DNA of 64,000 nt from Candidatus Bathyarchaeia archaeon (GTDB lineage: Archaea; Thermoproteota; Bathyarchaeia; Bathyarchaeales; Bathycorpusculaceae): positions 1,216,001 through 1,280,000 of the forward strand of contig JBEKKK010000001.1 of NCBI GenBank assembly GCA_050010755.1, read 5' to 3'. Under the pieces are notes generated by a model, which saw nothing but the letters and a program-made list of their open reading frames with translations, ran no database searches and was not told the origin of the DNA. This document shows, piece by piece, positions 1 through 9,150 of the stretch; the first letter of the stretch is position 1; every line of letters starts with the position of its first letter. Position numbers and translations under genes: made by a program.

Positions 1-721
1 AGTGGGAGAGGCTCTGGGGAAGAAGGATAAGCTCTTTGGTCAAGGAAAAAGTGACGAAGGCGCTTGGATTGCCAACGTGGCAACCTCGGAGGCCTTAGAA
101 GTCATGGCCCGTGCATGTGAAAATGTTGGTGCGGAAATGGGCCTCGAATGTGGGATAGGGGTTGACGTCGCATCTTCTTCCCTGTGGAACGGCAAGACCA
201 AGACGTACAACTATCAGAAGGAGAAGAAAACCAGAAGCTCGGGAGAACAGCTCGAATTCATCCTTGAAATCATCAAGAAATATCATCTCGCCTACGTCGA
301 AGACCCCTTCCACGAAGAGGACTTTGCAGGTTTCGCAGAGTTAACGAAGAAGGCCAAGAACTGCTTGATATGCGGCGATGACCTTTTTACCACAAACACT
401 GAAAGATTAAGCCGCGGCATAAAGCTGCACGCGGCCAACTCTATCATAATAAAGGTCAACCAAGTGGGCACTCTCACGGACGCATGGGAAACTATCGAAA
501 TGGCGAAAAGAAATGGATACGTACCAGTAATGTCTCACCGATCGGGTGACACCTGTGACTGGCACATAGCACACTTGGCCGCAGCGTTCAAGTGTCCAGT
601 AATAAAAACTGGAGTTGTTGAAGGTTCTCGCATCGCGAAAATAAACGAGTTAATAAGGATCGAAGAGTTTCTTGGGGACAGGGCTGTGATGGCCAGTCTT
701 GACTTACTTCAAGGAGGATAA
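1..721 (+). CDS. eno: Enolase (5' end outside window)
   Basis: Motifs EDPFHEED, GDDLFTTN, IIIKVNQVGTLT, VMSHRSGDT, RIAKINELIRIEE. Confidence 0.95.
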   Translation, partial: VGEALGKKDKLFGQGKSDEGAWIANVATSEALEVMARACENVGAEMGLECGIGVDVASSSLWNGKTKTYNYQKEKKTRSSGEQLEFILEIIKKYHLAYVEDPFHEEDFAGFAELTKKAKNCLICGDDLFTTNTERLSRGIKLHAANSIIIKVNQVGTLTDAWETIEMAKRNGYVPVMSHRSGDTCDWHIAHLAAAFKCPVIKTGVVEGSRIAKINELIRIEEFLGDRAVMASLDLLQGG

Positions 722-724
722 AAC

Positions 725-1498
725 TTGTCTGAAGACGATGACAGCAAAGAAGAGATCGAAGAAGAAACCGTAGAAGAAACTAAAGAAGAGACAGAGGATG
801 AAGAGACTATAGAGGAAGAGGTAAAACTGACTGAGGAAACTAAGGCGGAAGCAACGGAGCCAACTGCTGAGGCAGTTCCTGAAGAAGAACTGCTCATGCC
901 GCGAGACACGTTGCTATCTGCTGGAATCCACATCGGAACCAGAATGAAGACAGGGGACATGGAACAGTTCATATACCGAGTTAGGGCCGATGGCCTGTTT
1001 GTCTTAGACGTTAAGAAAACGGATGATCGCATAAGAGTCGCTGGCAAATTTCTTGCACGGTATGAACCTGGGAAAGTGGCCGCCGCTGGGGCTAGACTGT
1101 ATGCACAGGAACCGGTAACCAAATTCTCTCAATTAACTGGAGCAACTCCGGTTGTTGGGCGGTTCATCCCGGGCCTGCTGTCCAATCCGCTGTATCCTAA
1201 CCGTATTGAACCTGAGGTGCTTATAGTGTCCGACCCGAGAGCGGACGGACAAGCTGTGAAAGAGGCGGCCTCCGTCGGGATTCCCGTCGTGGCCCTGTGC
1301 AGCACTGACAATGAGTTCAACGGGGTAGATCTTGTAATCCCAACGAATAACAAAGGCCGGCGAGCGTTGGCCGTTATCTACTGGCTCTTGGCAAGGCAGA
1401 TACTCCGGGAAAGGGGCGAATTGGCGATGGACAAGGATCTCCCGATGACTATAGACGATTTTGAAGCGAGGGTAGCGCGGGAGGAGGAGGAACCCTAA
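725..1498 (+). CDS. rps2: 30S ribosomal protein S2 (uS2) with acidic N-terminal extension
   Basis: GIHIGT, GRFIPG, DGQAVKEA, IPTNNKG motifs; conserved eno-rps2 order. Confidence 0.97.
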   Translation: MSEDDDSKEEIEEETVEETKEETEDEETIEEEVKLTEETKAEATEPTAEAVPEEELLMPRDTLLSAGIHIGTRMKTGDMEQFIYRVRADGLFVLDVKKTDDRIRVAGKFLARYEPGKVAAAGARLYAQEPVTKFSQLTGATPVVGRFIPGLLSNPLYPNRIEPEVLIVSDPRADGQAVKEAASVGIPVVALCSTDNEFNGVDLVIPTNNKGRRALAVIYWLLARQILRERGELAMDKDLPMTIDDFEARVAREEEEP

Positions 1499-1502
1499 CC
1501 CG

Positions 1503-2354
1503 ATGGTGAAGGTTCGGCGTCCGACACAAGCCGGAGCCTTCTATGAAGGAACATCTGATGCGCTCAAACAACAAATAGAGAAATGTTTCACGGATAAACT
1601 CGGACCAGGAAAGCTTCCTGAGGTCGCGAAGACCTACCTCACAAAGGTTGTAGGCCTCATCTGTCCGCACGCGGGCTACATGTATTCTGGGCCGGTGGCT
1701 GCACACGCTTACGGCGCGCTTGCTGTCGATGGCAAACCCGATGTCGTGGTCATTCTCGGTCCAAACCACACCGGCGTCGGTAGCGGTCTGGCCATCATGA
1801 ATGAAGGGGTTTGGCGCACGCCTCTCGGCGACGTTGAGGTAGACCGCGAGACGGCAAATGAAATCGTGCGTGAGTCAAGTATCATAGACATTGACGACTC
1901 GGCTCACCAGGATGAACATTCAATCGAGGTCCAGCTTCCATTTCTCCAGTACCTTTACAACTCAACATTCAAGATTGTGCCAATCTGCTTCCTCATGCAG
2001 GACATATCCTCAGCCAGAGAGGTCGGACAGGCTGTGGCTAAAGCCTTGCTTGGCAAGAAAGCCGTCATCATAGCCTCATCGGACATGACTCATTATGAGC
2101 CTCAGGAAAGTGCAGAACGGAAAGACAAGAAGGCTCTTGAAGCAATCGAGGCGATGGATGAAGTTCGTTTTCAATCAACGATTGAAACTTACAACATCAC
2201 CGCATGCGGCCACGGGCCAATAGCAGCCCTGATCACAGCAGCGAAGATTTTGGGAGGAACAGAGGCAAGATTATTATGCTATAAGACCAGTGGAGATGTG
2301 ACTGGCGACCGCTCAAGCGTCGTTGGGTACGCCGCCGTGTGTTTCATGAAATAG
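1503..2354 (+). CDS. MEMO1 family protein (AmmeMemoRadiSam protein B-like)
   Basis: AGAFY, PHAGYMYSG, GPNHTG, EHSIEVQLPFLQ, ASSDMTHY, CGHGP. Confidence 0.93.
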   Translation: MVKVRRPTQAGAFYEGTSDALKQQIEKCFTDKLGPGKLPEVAKTYLTKVVGLICPHAGYMYSGPVAAHAYGALAVDGKPDVVVILGPNHTGVGSGLAIMNEGVWRTPLGDVEVDRETANEIVRESSIIDIDDSAHQDEHSIEVQLPFLQYLYNSTFKIVPICFLMQDISSAREVGQAVAKALLGKKAVIIASSDMTHYEPQESAERKDKKALEAIEAMDEVRFQSTIETYNITACGHGPIAALITAAKILGGTEARLLCYKTSGDVTGDRSSVVGYAAVCFMK

Positions 2355-2362
2355 TGGTGAGA

Positions 2363-3346
2363 ATGGGAGTCATTGCCTCAGCTCCCGCGAAAGTTATACT
2401 CTTCGGAGAACACTTCGTAGTCTACGGTGAGCCCTCCATCGTTCTAGCCATTGATAAACGGGCATATGCAACGGTGGATCGCCGCGACGACAAGCGTATC
2501 CATCTGCAATCGGCAAACCTGGGTTTCGCAGGCTTCTTCGAGGATGAGAATTTCAAGGTCGAGAAGGGAGACGCAAAGGAAGCCAGGATGAGGTTCGAGG
2601 CAATCAAGCTGGCCGCGGAAAAAGTCATGAAAACCTGCGGGGAAGACGTTGGCTTGAACATTGAAATCAACTCAACTGTTCCTGTCGCAGCAGGTTTAGG
2701 CTCTTCAGCAGCTGTAATAGTTGCTGCAACAGCAGCAACAGGTTCCCTTCTCAAGGCAAAGATGTCAAGGGAAGACGTATTCCGAATCGCTTGTGAAACC
2801 GAGAAGGTCTTACACGGTACCACCTCAGGGGTGGATCCTGCTATCTCAACATTCGGCGGCGCGCTCCTGTTTCAAATGGACACAGGGTTCAAGCCTTTGG
2901 AAGTCAAGGCGGATATCCAGCTCGTCGTAGGAGACACGGGCGTCCAGAGATCTACACGAGTTCAGGTTGAAAAGGTTCGAGGCATGATGGAGAACTACCC
3001 TAACATCTTCGAGTCTCTGCAGAGAGCTGCCCGAGAAATCGTGCTAAAGGCCATCGACATCTTCAGGGTGAAGGATTTAGTCACTCTGGGCGAGTTGATG
3101 AACATCAATCACGCCTTGCTCTATGCTCTGGGAGTATCCGATGAGTCACTCGAGTGGCTGATAAACGCCTCACGCAAGGCGGGAGCCCTAGGGGCGAAGC
3201 TGACGGGAGCCGGAGGCGGCGGATGCATGGTCGCATTAGCGAAGAACGAAAGGACAGAACTAGTCATGGACGCGATACTGAGAGCGGGAGGAAGACCATT
3301 CATAGCGAAAAAAACAGATGAAGGGGTCAAAATTGAACACCCCTGA
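2363..3346 (+). CDS. mvk: Mevalonate kinase
   Basis: APAKVILFGEHFVVYG, GHMP motif PVAAGLGSSAA, SGVD, KLTGAGGGG; ATG 2363 chosen after GGTGA RBS. Confidence 0.95.
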   Translation: MGVIASAPAKVILFGEHFVVYGEPSIVLAIDKRAYATVDRRDDKRIHLQSANLGFAGFFEDENFKVEKGDAKEARMRFEAIKLAAEKVMKTCGEDVGLNIEINSTVPVAAGLGSSAAVIVAATAATGSLLKAKMSREDVFRIACETEKVLHGTTSGVDPAISTFGGALLFQMDTGFKPLEVKADIQLVVGDTGVQRSTRVQVEKVRGMMENYPNIFESLQRAAREIVLKAIDIFRVKDLVTLGELMNINHALLYALGVSDESLEWLINASRKAGALGAKLTGAGGGGCMVALAKNERTELVMDAILRAGGRPFIAKKTDEGVKIEHP

Positions 3347-4133
3347 GCTGACGGTTCTGAAGATTGGAGGATCCGTCATCACGGACAAGAACGGCGAACT
3401 AACTCCTCGAACTGGAGAAATAGCCCGTTTGACGGAGGAAATACGGAAATCCAACGTCAAAAGGTTGATAATCGTTCACGGAGGCGGAAGCTTCGGTCAC
3501 CCCTCAGCCGAGAAATACGCGATAAAAGAGGGATTGAAAGAGGATTCGCAAAAGATAGGATTCTCAGAGACTCATCACGTCATGACCATGCTCAACGGTC
3601 TGTTCATGGACTCTCTCATCTGGGAAGAGGTTTTGGCGGTAAGCGTTACGCCATCATCATGTATCATCACCGAAAGCGGAAGAATAAAACACTTTGAAGA
3701 CTCAGCCATAAGAGCACTGCTGAACATGGGCTTCATTCCAGTCCTCTACGGAGATGCCGTCGTAGACTCAAAACTAGGCTTCACAATACTTTCTGGCGAT
3801 CAGCTCGTATCAGAACTCGCTATGAGACTCAAAGCAGAACGCATAATATTCGGGGTCGACGTGGACGGCCTATACGATTCCGATCCCAAGATTGAGAAAA
3901 CCGCAAAGCTGTTCAAGCACTTGAATCGAGAAGAACTGAAGGAACTTCAAAACAAGCTTTGCAGGCCGACGGTTCGCGACGTTACAGGTGGCATGTTCGG
4001 CAAAGTCGTGGAACTATTGCCCGCAGTCGAACAGGGAATACCGGTGACCATAATGAATGCGTCGAAGCCAGGTAACATCTGCAAGGTTCTTGAAGGAAAA
4101 CCAGTAGAAGGCACTGTGATAGGGAAGGAATAG
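3318..4133 (+). CDS. ipk: Isopentenyl phosphate kinase
   Basis: LKIGGSVIT, VHGGGSFGH, LSGDQ, DVTGGMFGK; located in the archaeal mevalonate cluster; true start may be TTG near 3333. Confidence 0.92.
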   Translation: MKGSKLNTPELTVLKIGGSVITDKNGELTPRTGEIARLTEEIRKSNVKRLIIVHGGGSFGHPSAEKYAIKEGLKEDSQKIGFSETHHVMTMLNGLFMDSLIWEEVLAVSVTPSSCIITESGRIKHFEDSAIRALLNMGFIPVLYGDAVVDSKLGFTILSGDQLVSELAMRLKAERIIFGVDVDGLYDSDPKIEKTAKLFKHLNREELKELQNKLCRPTVRDVTGGMFGKVVELLPAVEQGIPVTIMNASKPGNICKVLEGKPVEGTVIGKE

Positions 4134-4136
4134 ATC

Positions 4137-5240
4137 TTGGCAGAGAGGACGAAAAGACGGAAAGCAGAACACATAGACATATCTTTGAATCATAACGTAC
4201 AGGCTAGAGAAACGACAACGGGCTTTGAAGACGTGCTACTCGTTCACAGAGCCCTTCCGGAAATAGACAAACAACAGATAGATCTGTCAACAACAGTTTT
4301 CGGCCACAAGTTTGCGGCACCCCTGATTGTGGGCGCCATAACCGGCGGAACGCACGAAGCCACAAAAATCAACGCGACGATAGCCGAAGCAGTGGAAGAA
4401 CTTGGCTTAGGGATGGGAGTGGGCAGTCAACGCGCCGCGCTGGAAGACAAGAAGCTTGAAGAATCATTTGCCGTGGCAAGGAAGAAGGCGCCAACAGCCT
4501 TTCTCGTAGCGAATATCGGCGGGGTGCAACTGGTTAACGGAATAGGCCTCAACAAAGTAAGAAGGGCAATGGAAATGGTTGAGGCGGACGCGTTAGCCAT
4601 ACACCTGAACGCTCTGCAAGAGACGGCCCAGCCTGAGGGGCAAACGAACTTTGCAGGAATCTTGGAAAACGTGACTCGAATCGCCGAAGAAGTGGAAAGG
4701 CCTGTCATTGTCAAGGAAACGGGCGCCGGGATATCAGCTGAGGAGGCAAAGAAGCTGGAGACCGCAGGAGTCAAGGGTATAGACGTTAGCGGGGCAGGCG
4801 GAACGAGCTGGGCTGCAGTTGAATATTACCGTGCAAGAGAACTTAGAGACGCTTCAAGGCAGAGGCTTGGAAATCTCTTCTGGGATTGGGGCATTCCAAC
4901 AGCGGTGAGCCTCGTTGAAGCTTCTCAAACAGTGAGCATTCCTATAATCGCCTCTGGGGGAGTACGAAGCGGAGTGGACGTGGCGAAGTCCTTGACCCTG
5001 GGTTCGAGCTTGGCAAGCCTTTCTCAGCCCGTGCTTCGGGCTGCCGTCAAGGGGACTCTGGAGACGAGGGATACACTGTCGCTTCTGATGGACGAACTGC
5101 GAAACGCGATGTTTCTTACAGGCGCAGCATCAGTCGAAGCTCTTCAAAGTGTCTCAGTTGTCTTGATGGGTAAGACAGCTGATTGGCTGAGAACGAGAGG
5201 GTTCGACGTCGATTCCTATGCGAGAAGAGGAAGGACTTAG
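4137..5240 (+). CDS. fni: Type 2 isopentenyl-diphosphate delta-isomerase
   Basis: RKAEHI, GVGSQR, HLNALQE..QPEG, VKETGAG, GAGGTSW. Confidence 0.96.
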   Translation: MAERTKRRKAEHIDISLNHNVQARETTTGFEDVLLVHRALPEIDKQQIDLSTTVFGHKFAAPLIVGAITGGTHEATKINATIAEAVEELGLGMGVGSQRAALEDKKLEESFAVARKKAPTAFLVANIGGVQLVNGIGLNKVRRAMEMVEADALAIHLNALQETAQPEGQTNFAGILENVTRIAEEVERPVIVKETGAGISAEEAKKLETAGVKGIDVSGAGGTSWAAVEYYRARELRDASRQRLGNLFWDWGIPTAVSLVEASQTVSIPIIASGGVRSGVDVAKSLTLGSSLASLSQPVLRAAVKGTLETRDTLSLLMDELRNAMFLTGAASVEALQSVSVVLMGKTADWLRTRGFDVDSYARRGRT

Positions 5241-5242
5241 CT

Positions 5243-6313
5243 TTGAGTTTTGAAGATTTTCTCGAAAAGAATATCTCAATTGTGGACAAGACGATTGAGA
5301 GGTACATTCCGAGAACTCTATCAAAAAAGGCAATTCTCTTCAGAGTCAGTGAACCACGTTACGCCTACAACTTGGAGGCTCTGAACAAGGCAGTTGCTGA
5401 TCCGATATGGGAATTTCTTGACAGGGGCGGAAAACGGTGGCGTCCAGCACTCTTCCTGTTAATATGTGAAGCGCTCGGCAAACAATCAGCTCGTTTCATC
5501 GATTTCGCGATAATTCCCGAGGTCGTGCACAACGGAACTCTGATGGTTGACGATCTGGAAGACAGCTCAGAATGGAGACGGGGCAAACTGTGCACGTACA
5601 AACTGTTCGGCTTGGACATAGCAGTGAACGCTGGAAACGCGATGTACTATTTGCCGCTTCTTCCACTGCTGGAAAATAGAGGCAAGTTTTCGTCTCGAAA
5701 ACTCGCTCAGACATACACTGTTTATGCTCAAGAGATGATTAACCTGAGCCTTGGCCAAGCTATGGACATAGCATGGCACCGGGGCTTGGCAAACGCGGAC
5801 GGAATAAGTGAAAAGGACTATTTGCAGATGTGCTCGTACAAGACTGGGACATTGGCGAGAATGGCCGCCAAGATAGCGGCTGTCCTGTGCGATGCGGATG
5901 AACAGACGGTTGAAAAGCTGGGCTACTTCGCCGAAAGCCTGGGCATAGCTTTTCAAATGAAGGATGACGTTCTCGACCTAACCAGCGCGCAGTTCGCAGA
6001 GGGAAAAGGCGGCCGCGGACAGGACGTAACGGAAGGAAAGCGCAGCTTTCCAGTGATACACACCCTTAAGGTTTCAAACGCCGCAGACAGAAGAAGACTG
6101 ATTGAAATACTCAACATGCACACGTCGGAACAGAGACTCAGAGACGAAGCCATCGCCATAATGGAGAAGTACAACTCAATAGAATATGCTAAGCGGTTTG
6201 CCAGAAGAGTCGTAAGAACAAGCTGGAAAGAGACAGAGCAACTTCTATCCAGTTCAGAAGCGAAGGAAAAACTAAAAGCCTTCGCCGAATTCTTGAGTGA
6301 GAGAAAAATCTAG
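5243..6313 (+). CDS. Polyprenyl (geranylgeranyl) diphosphate synthase
   Basis: GGKRWRP, FARM DDLED..RRG, KTG, SARM FQMKDDVLD; TTG start just after the fni stop is inferred. Confidence 0.92.
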   Translation: MSFEDFLEKNISIVDKTIERYIPRTLSKKAILFRVSEPRYAYNLEALNKAVADPIWEFLDRGGKRWRPALFLLICEALGKQSARFIDFAIIPEVVHNGTLMVDDLEDSSEWRRGKLCTYKLFGLDIAVNAGNAMYYLPLLPLLENRGKFSSRKLAQTYTVYAQEMINLSLGQAMDIAWHRGLANADGISEKDYLQMCSYKTGTLARMAAKIAAVLCDADEQTVEKLGYFAESLGIAFQMKDDVLDLTSAQFAEGKGGRGQDVTEGKRSFPVIHTLKVSNAADRRRLIEILNMHTSEQRLRDEAIAIMEKYNSIEYAKRFARRVVRTSWKETEQLLSSSEAKEKLKAFAEFLSERKI

Positions 6314-6331
6314 ACGGTTGGACATTAACGA

Positions 6332-8086
6332 GTGATGGATGAGATGAACACTGAGCTCAAGGAATCCATTCGCAAGACGGCTTTGTTGAACGCAATTAGA
6401 CACGATGGCAAGGCGCAGTCTGGGCCTGTTGTTGGAAAAATACTGGGTGAAAAACCTGAATATAGGTCCAAGGTTAAGGAGGTCTCAGAGCTCGTAGTCC
6501 AGGTCATTCGAGAAGTCAACGCTCTTTCGTTGGACGAACAGCTGCACATTATTCAGGAAGAATGGCCCGAGGCTCTCGTGAAGGAGAAAGTGCAGGAGGA
6601 GAAGTATCTGCCGCCTTTGGCGAACGCGTCGAACTATTCGCAAATTGTTACGCGATATTCGCCGAACCCCGATTGCGTGCTGCACTTGGGGTCTGCTAGG
6701 GCCATTGTGCTGAGTCACGAGTATGCGCGCATGTACAAGGGCAAATTCATACTTCGCTTCGAAGATACAGATCCCAAGTTGAAAAGGCCGGTTTTGGAGT
6801 TCTACGATTGCATCAGGGAGGACTTGGCTTGGCTTAATTGCAGACCTGACGAGGAGTATATCCAGAGCGACAGAATCCCAATATACTATGAGTATGCTGA
6901 GAAGCTGCTCAAGGATGGTAACGCTTATGTCTGCACGTGTGAGCCTGAACAGTTTCGGAGGAGAATTCTGGCTCAAGAGCCTTGTGAATGTCGCGATTGT
7001 CCGCGGGAAGAGCATCTCGCGAGGTGGAAGCGTATGCTTGATGGGGGCTACAGGGAGGGCGAGGCCGTCGTTCGCGTCAAGACGGACTTGAATCACCCAA
7101 ACCCTGCTGTGCGCGATTGGCCTGCCCTCCGCGTTCTTGACACCGAGAAGTACCCTCATCCGAGAGTCGGAAGCAAATATCGCGTATGGCCACTTTATAA
7201 TCTCGCAGCTGGAGTTGATGATCACCTGATGGGAATCACTCATATCATTCGAGGGAAGGAGCACCTCACGAATCAGGTTCGTCAGGAGTACATGTATCAA
7301 CACTTGGGCTGGAAGTATCCTGAAACCATTCACTACGGGAGATTGAAGATTACAGGAGCTTCTCTGAGCAAGTCGAAGATTGTTCAAGGAATGAGGGAAG
7401 GGCTCTACAAGAACTGGGACGATCCGCGCTTAGCGACTTTCGTGGCCCTGCGCAGGCGTGGAATAAGCCCTGAGGCGATCAGAAGGCTGATGATCGATAT
7501 AGGACCAAAAACATCCGATGTCGTGCTGAGCTGGGAGAACCTTTACGCTCACAACCGCAAGATACTAGATCCAGTCGCTGACAGGTACTTCTTTGTGCAA
7601 GACCCGCTGGAGCTAACCGTGAAGCAGGTTCCCAAAAATTATCTAATCAAACTTCGGTTGCATCCTGACCATCCTGAAAGAGGGTTCAGGGAATACACGA
7701 TAACACCGACGGGAAACGATGACCACGTGGCCTTTTGGGTTTCAAGAAAAGACGTAGATGCCTCAAAGGTGGGGACGGTGCTTCGCCTGATGGAATTGTT
7801 CAACGTGAAAATTCTGACAGCAAACATCTATGCAGCTGAAGCCTCCTTCATGAGCGAGTCCTACGAGCAGGCAAGGGATATTAAGGCGCAGTTGATTCAC
7901 TGGATTCCAGTGGGCGAGGATATGCCCTGCCAAGTTGTGATGCCCGATGCAACTTTGGCAGAGGGCGTTGCAGAAGGCCTCTGCAGAAGGCTGAAGAAGG
8001 ACGATGTCGTGCAGTTCGAGCGGTTTGGATTCGTTAGGATAGACAAGAATGACAATAAGTTGACGGCCTACTACGCCCAAAAGTGA
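6332..8086 (+). CDS. gltX: Glutamate--tRNA ligase (archaeal type)
   Basis: PNPD..HLGS (HIGH equivalent), LRFEDTDP, THIIRGKEH, LSKSK, VQFERFGF. Confidence 0.97.
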   Translation: MMDEMNTELKESIRKTALLNAIRHDGKAQSGPVVGKILGEKPEYRSKVKEVSELVVQVIREVNALSLDEQLHIIQEEWPEALVKEKVQEEKYLPPLANASNYSQIVTRYSPNPDCVLHLGSARAIVLSHEYARMYKGKFILRFEDTDPKLKRPVLEFYDCIREDLAWLNCRPDEEYIQSDRIPIYYEYAEKLLKDGNAYVCTCEPEQFRRRILAQEPCECRDCPREEHLARWKRMLDGGYREGEAVVRVKTDLNHPNPAVRDWPALRVLDTEKYPHPRVGSKYRVWPLYNLAAGVDDHLMGITHIIRGKEHLTNQVRQEYMYQHLGWKYPETIHYGRLKITGASLSKSKIVQGMREGLYKNWDDPRLATFVALRRRGISPEAIRRLMIDIGPKTSDVVLSWENLYAHNRKILDPVADRYFFVQDPLELTVKQVPKNYLIKLRLHPDHPERGFREYTITPTGNDDHVAFWVSRKDVDASKVGTVLRLMELFNVKILTANIYAAEASFMSESYEQARDIKAQLIHWIPVGEDMPCQVVMPDATLAEGVAEGLCRRLKKDDVVQFERFGFVRIDKNDNKLTAYYAQK

Positions 8087-8400
8087 CGATGGTGAAGCGT
8101 TTGAGACAGCAAGACAAGATAATTATCTGGCCCGCTTACTTCGATTCGACCAAGACCAGAGACAATGGAAGAAGAGTGCCAAGAAATCTGGCTGTTCCGT
8201 TCCCCAAAATCGCAGAGGTTAAAGAGGCTGCGGAGAAGCTTGGTTTGGCGCATGAGCTCGTCGCTGATGTTGGCTATTCAAAGACGCCTTGGCTGAAAAC
8301 AGGCATGATCCTGGTTAAGAAAAAGGGTTCAAAAGGCCAGATAGTTTCTCTCATTGCTAAACAGCTTATGAAAACCCGTAGTGTTCCCAGTTTGAAGTGA
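8083..8400 (+). CDS. srp19: Signal recognition particle 19 kDa protein
   Basis: IIWPAYFDS.KTR..GRRVP..LAV signature; next to rps8e. Confidence 0.92.
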   Translation: MTMVKRLRQQDKIIIWPAYFDSTKTRDNGRRVPRNLAVPFPKIAEVKEAAEKLGLAHELVADVGYSKTPWLKTGMILVKKKGSKGQIVSLIAKQLMKTRSVPSLK

Positions 8401-8403
8401 CGC

Positions 8404-8799
8404 TTAGGTTTTTTCCTCTCCGGTCAGGACAGCATTCAATATTCCGTGTTGTCCAGGCCGTGAAGTGATGCGCGCTTGGCCCAAAGGTGTCTCCACCACT
8501 GCGCCTTTAGTTATTACCCCTCTGCGGTCGTAGTCAATGTTTGCGCGGTTTTTCACGACTCGCACAACCTCAGTCTTCTCGGTTTTTCCAGTCTTAGTAT
8601 CGGTCACAGATACTTGCTTTTCGCTCAAAATCTTGAGCTTGACGTTTCCTCCTCTTCCCCGATTCAACTTCCGTTTCTGCTCACCCATGAGGGTCTCTGC
8701 TGGAAACGTGCCTTGCTCGTATTTCCTCTTCTTTCTGTAGCCCTTTCTTCTGGCTCCAGACCGAGTTTTTTTGTGCTGGTCGCCGTGCCAAACGGACAT
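8404..8799 (-). CDS. rps8e: 30S ribosomal protein S8e
   Basis: RGRGGNVK, RRGVITKGAVV, ITSRPGQHG. Confidence 0.97.
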   Translation of the reverse strand: MSVWHGDQHKKTRSGARRKGYRKKRKYEQGTFPAETLMGEQKRKLNRGRGGNVKLKILSEKQVSVTDTKTGKTEKTEVVRVVKNRANIDYDRRGVITKGAVVETPLGQARITSRPGQHGILNAVLTGEEKT

Positions 8800-8835
8800 G
8801 GTTTTCTCACTTGATGCTAAATTTGGTGTTCACTA

Positions 8836-9021
8836 TCACCATCTGTTTAAATATAAACCTATCCGTTTCCCGCGAATATTCAATACAGAATGTTCCGAAA
8901 TATTCCCTTTTTCTTTATCGTTCATGTTCATGCAGATGTTGCATTTTGGACAGTGGCCGTATCCGCCCTGAATGCATGTGCCGCACATATCGCAGAGTCT
9001 TGTTAAGCAACAATCAGCCAT
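8836..9021 (-). pseudogene. Truncated Cys-rich small protein (paralogue of 27620-27796)
   Basis: MADCCLTRLCDMCG..IQGGYGHCPKCNIC matches the paralogue for 30 aa, then diverges and reads into the rps8e upstream region. Confidence 0.6.
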
Positions 9022-9150
9022 GCGCTTTCGACTTCCTGACCCTCGTCCGAATCAGACAGAGGTTGTTTTGCATTGAAAGCTAAAAGCTGTGTGTCGATAG
9101 GACTATGGCGCGACTGGGAGAGGACAGTCGAAGTGAAAAAATGAATGGGG

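Noticed and set aside
6485-7387. 300-aa antisense ORF and the many other shadow ORFs in the track
   Set aside because: They lie opposite or within well-supported genes (here gltX) and are explained by codon bias.
8800-9150. SRP RNA gene, often near srp19/rps8e
   Set aside because: The region is AT-rich and lacks the long GC-rich helices and helix 8 motif.
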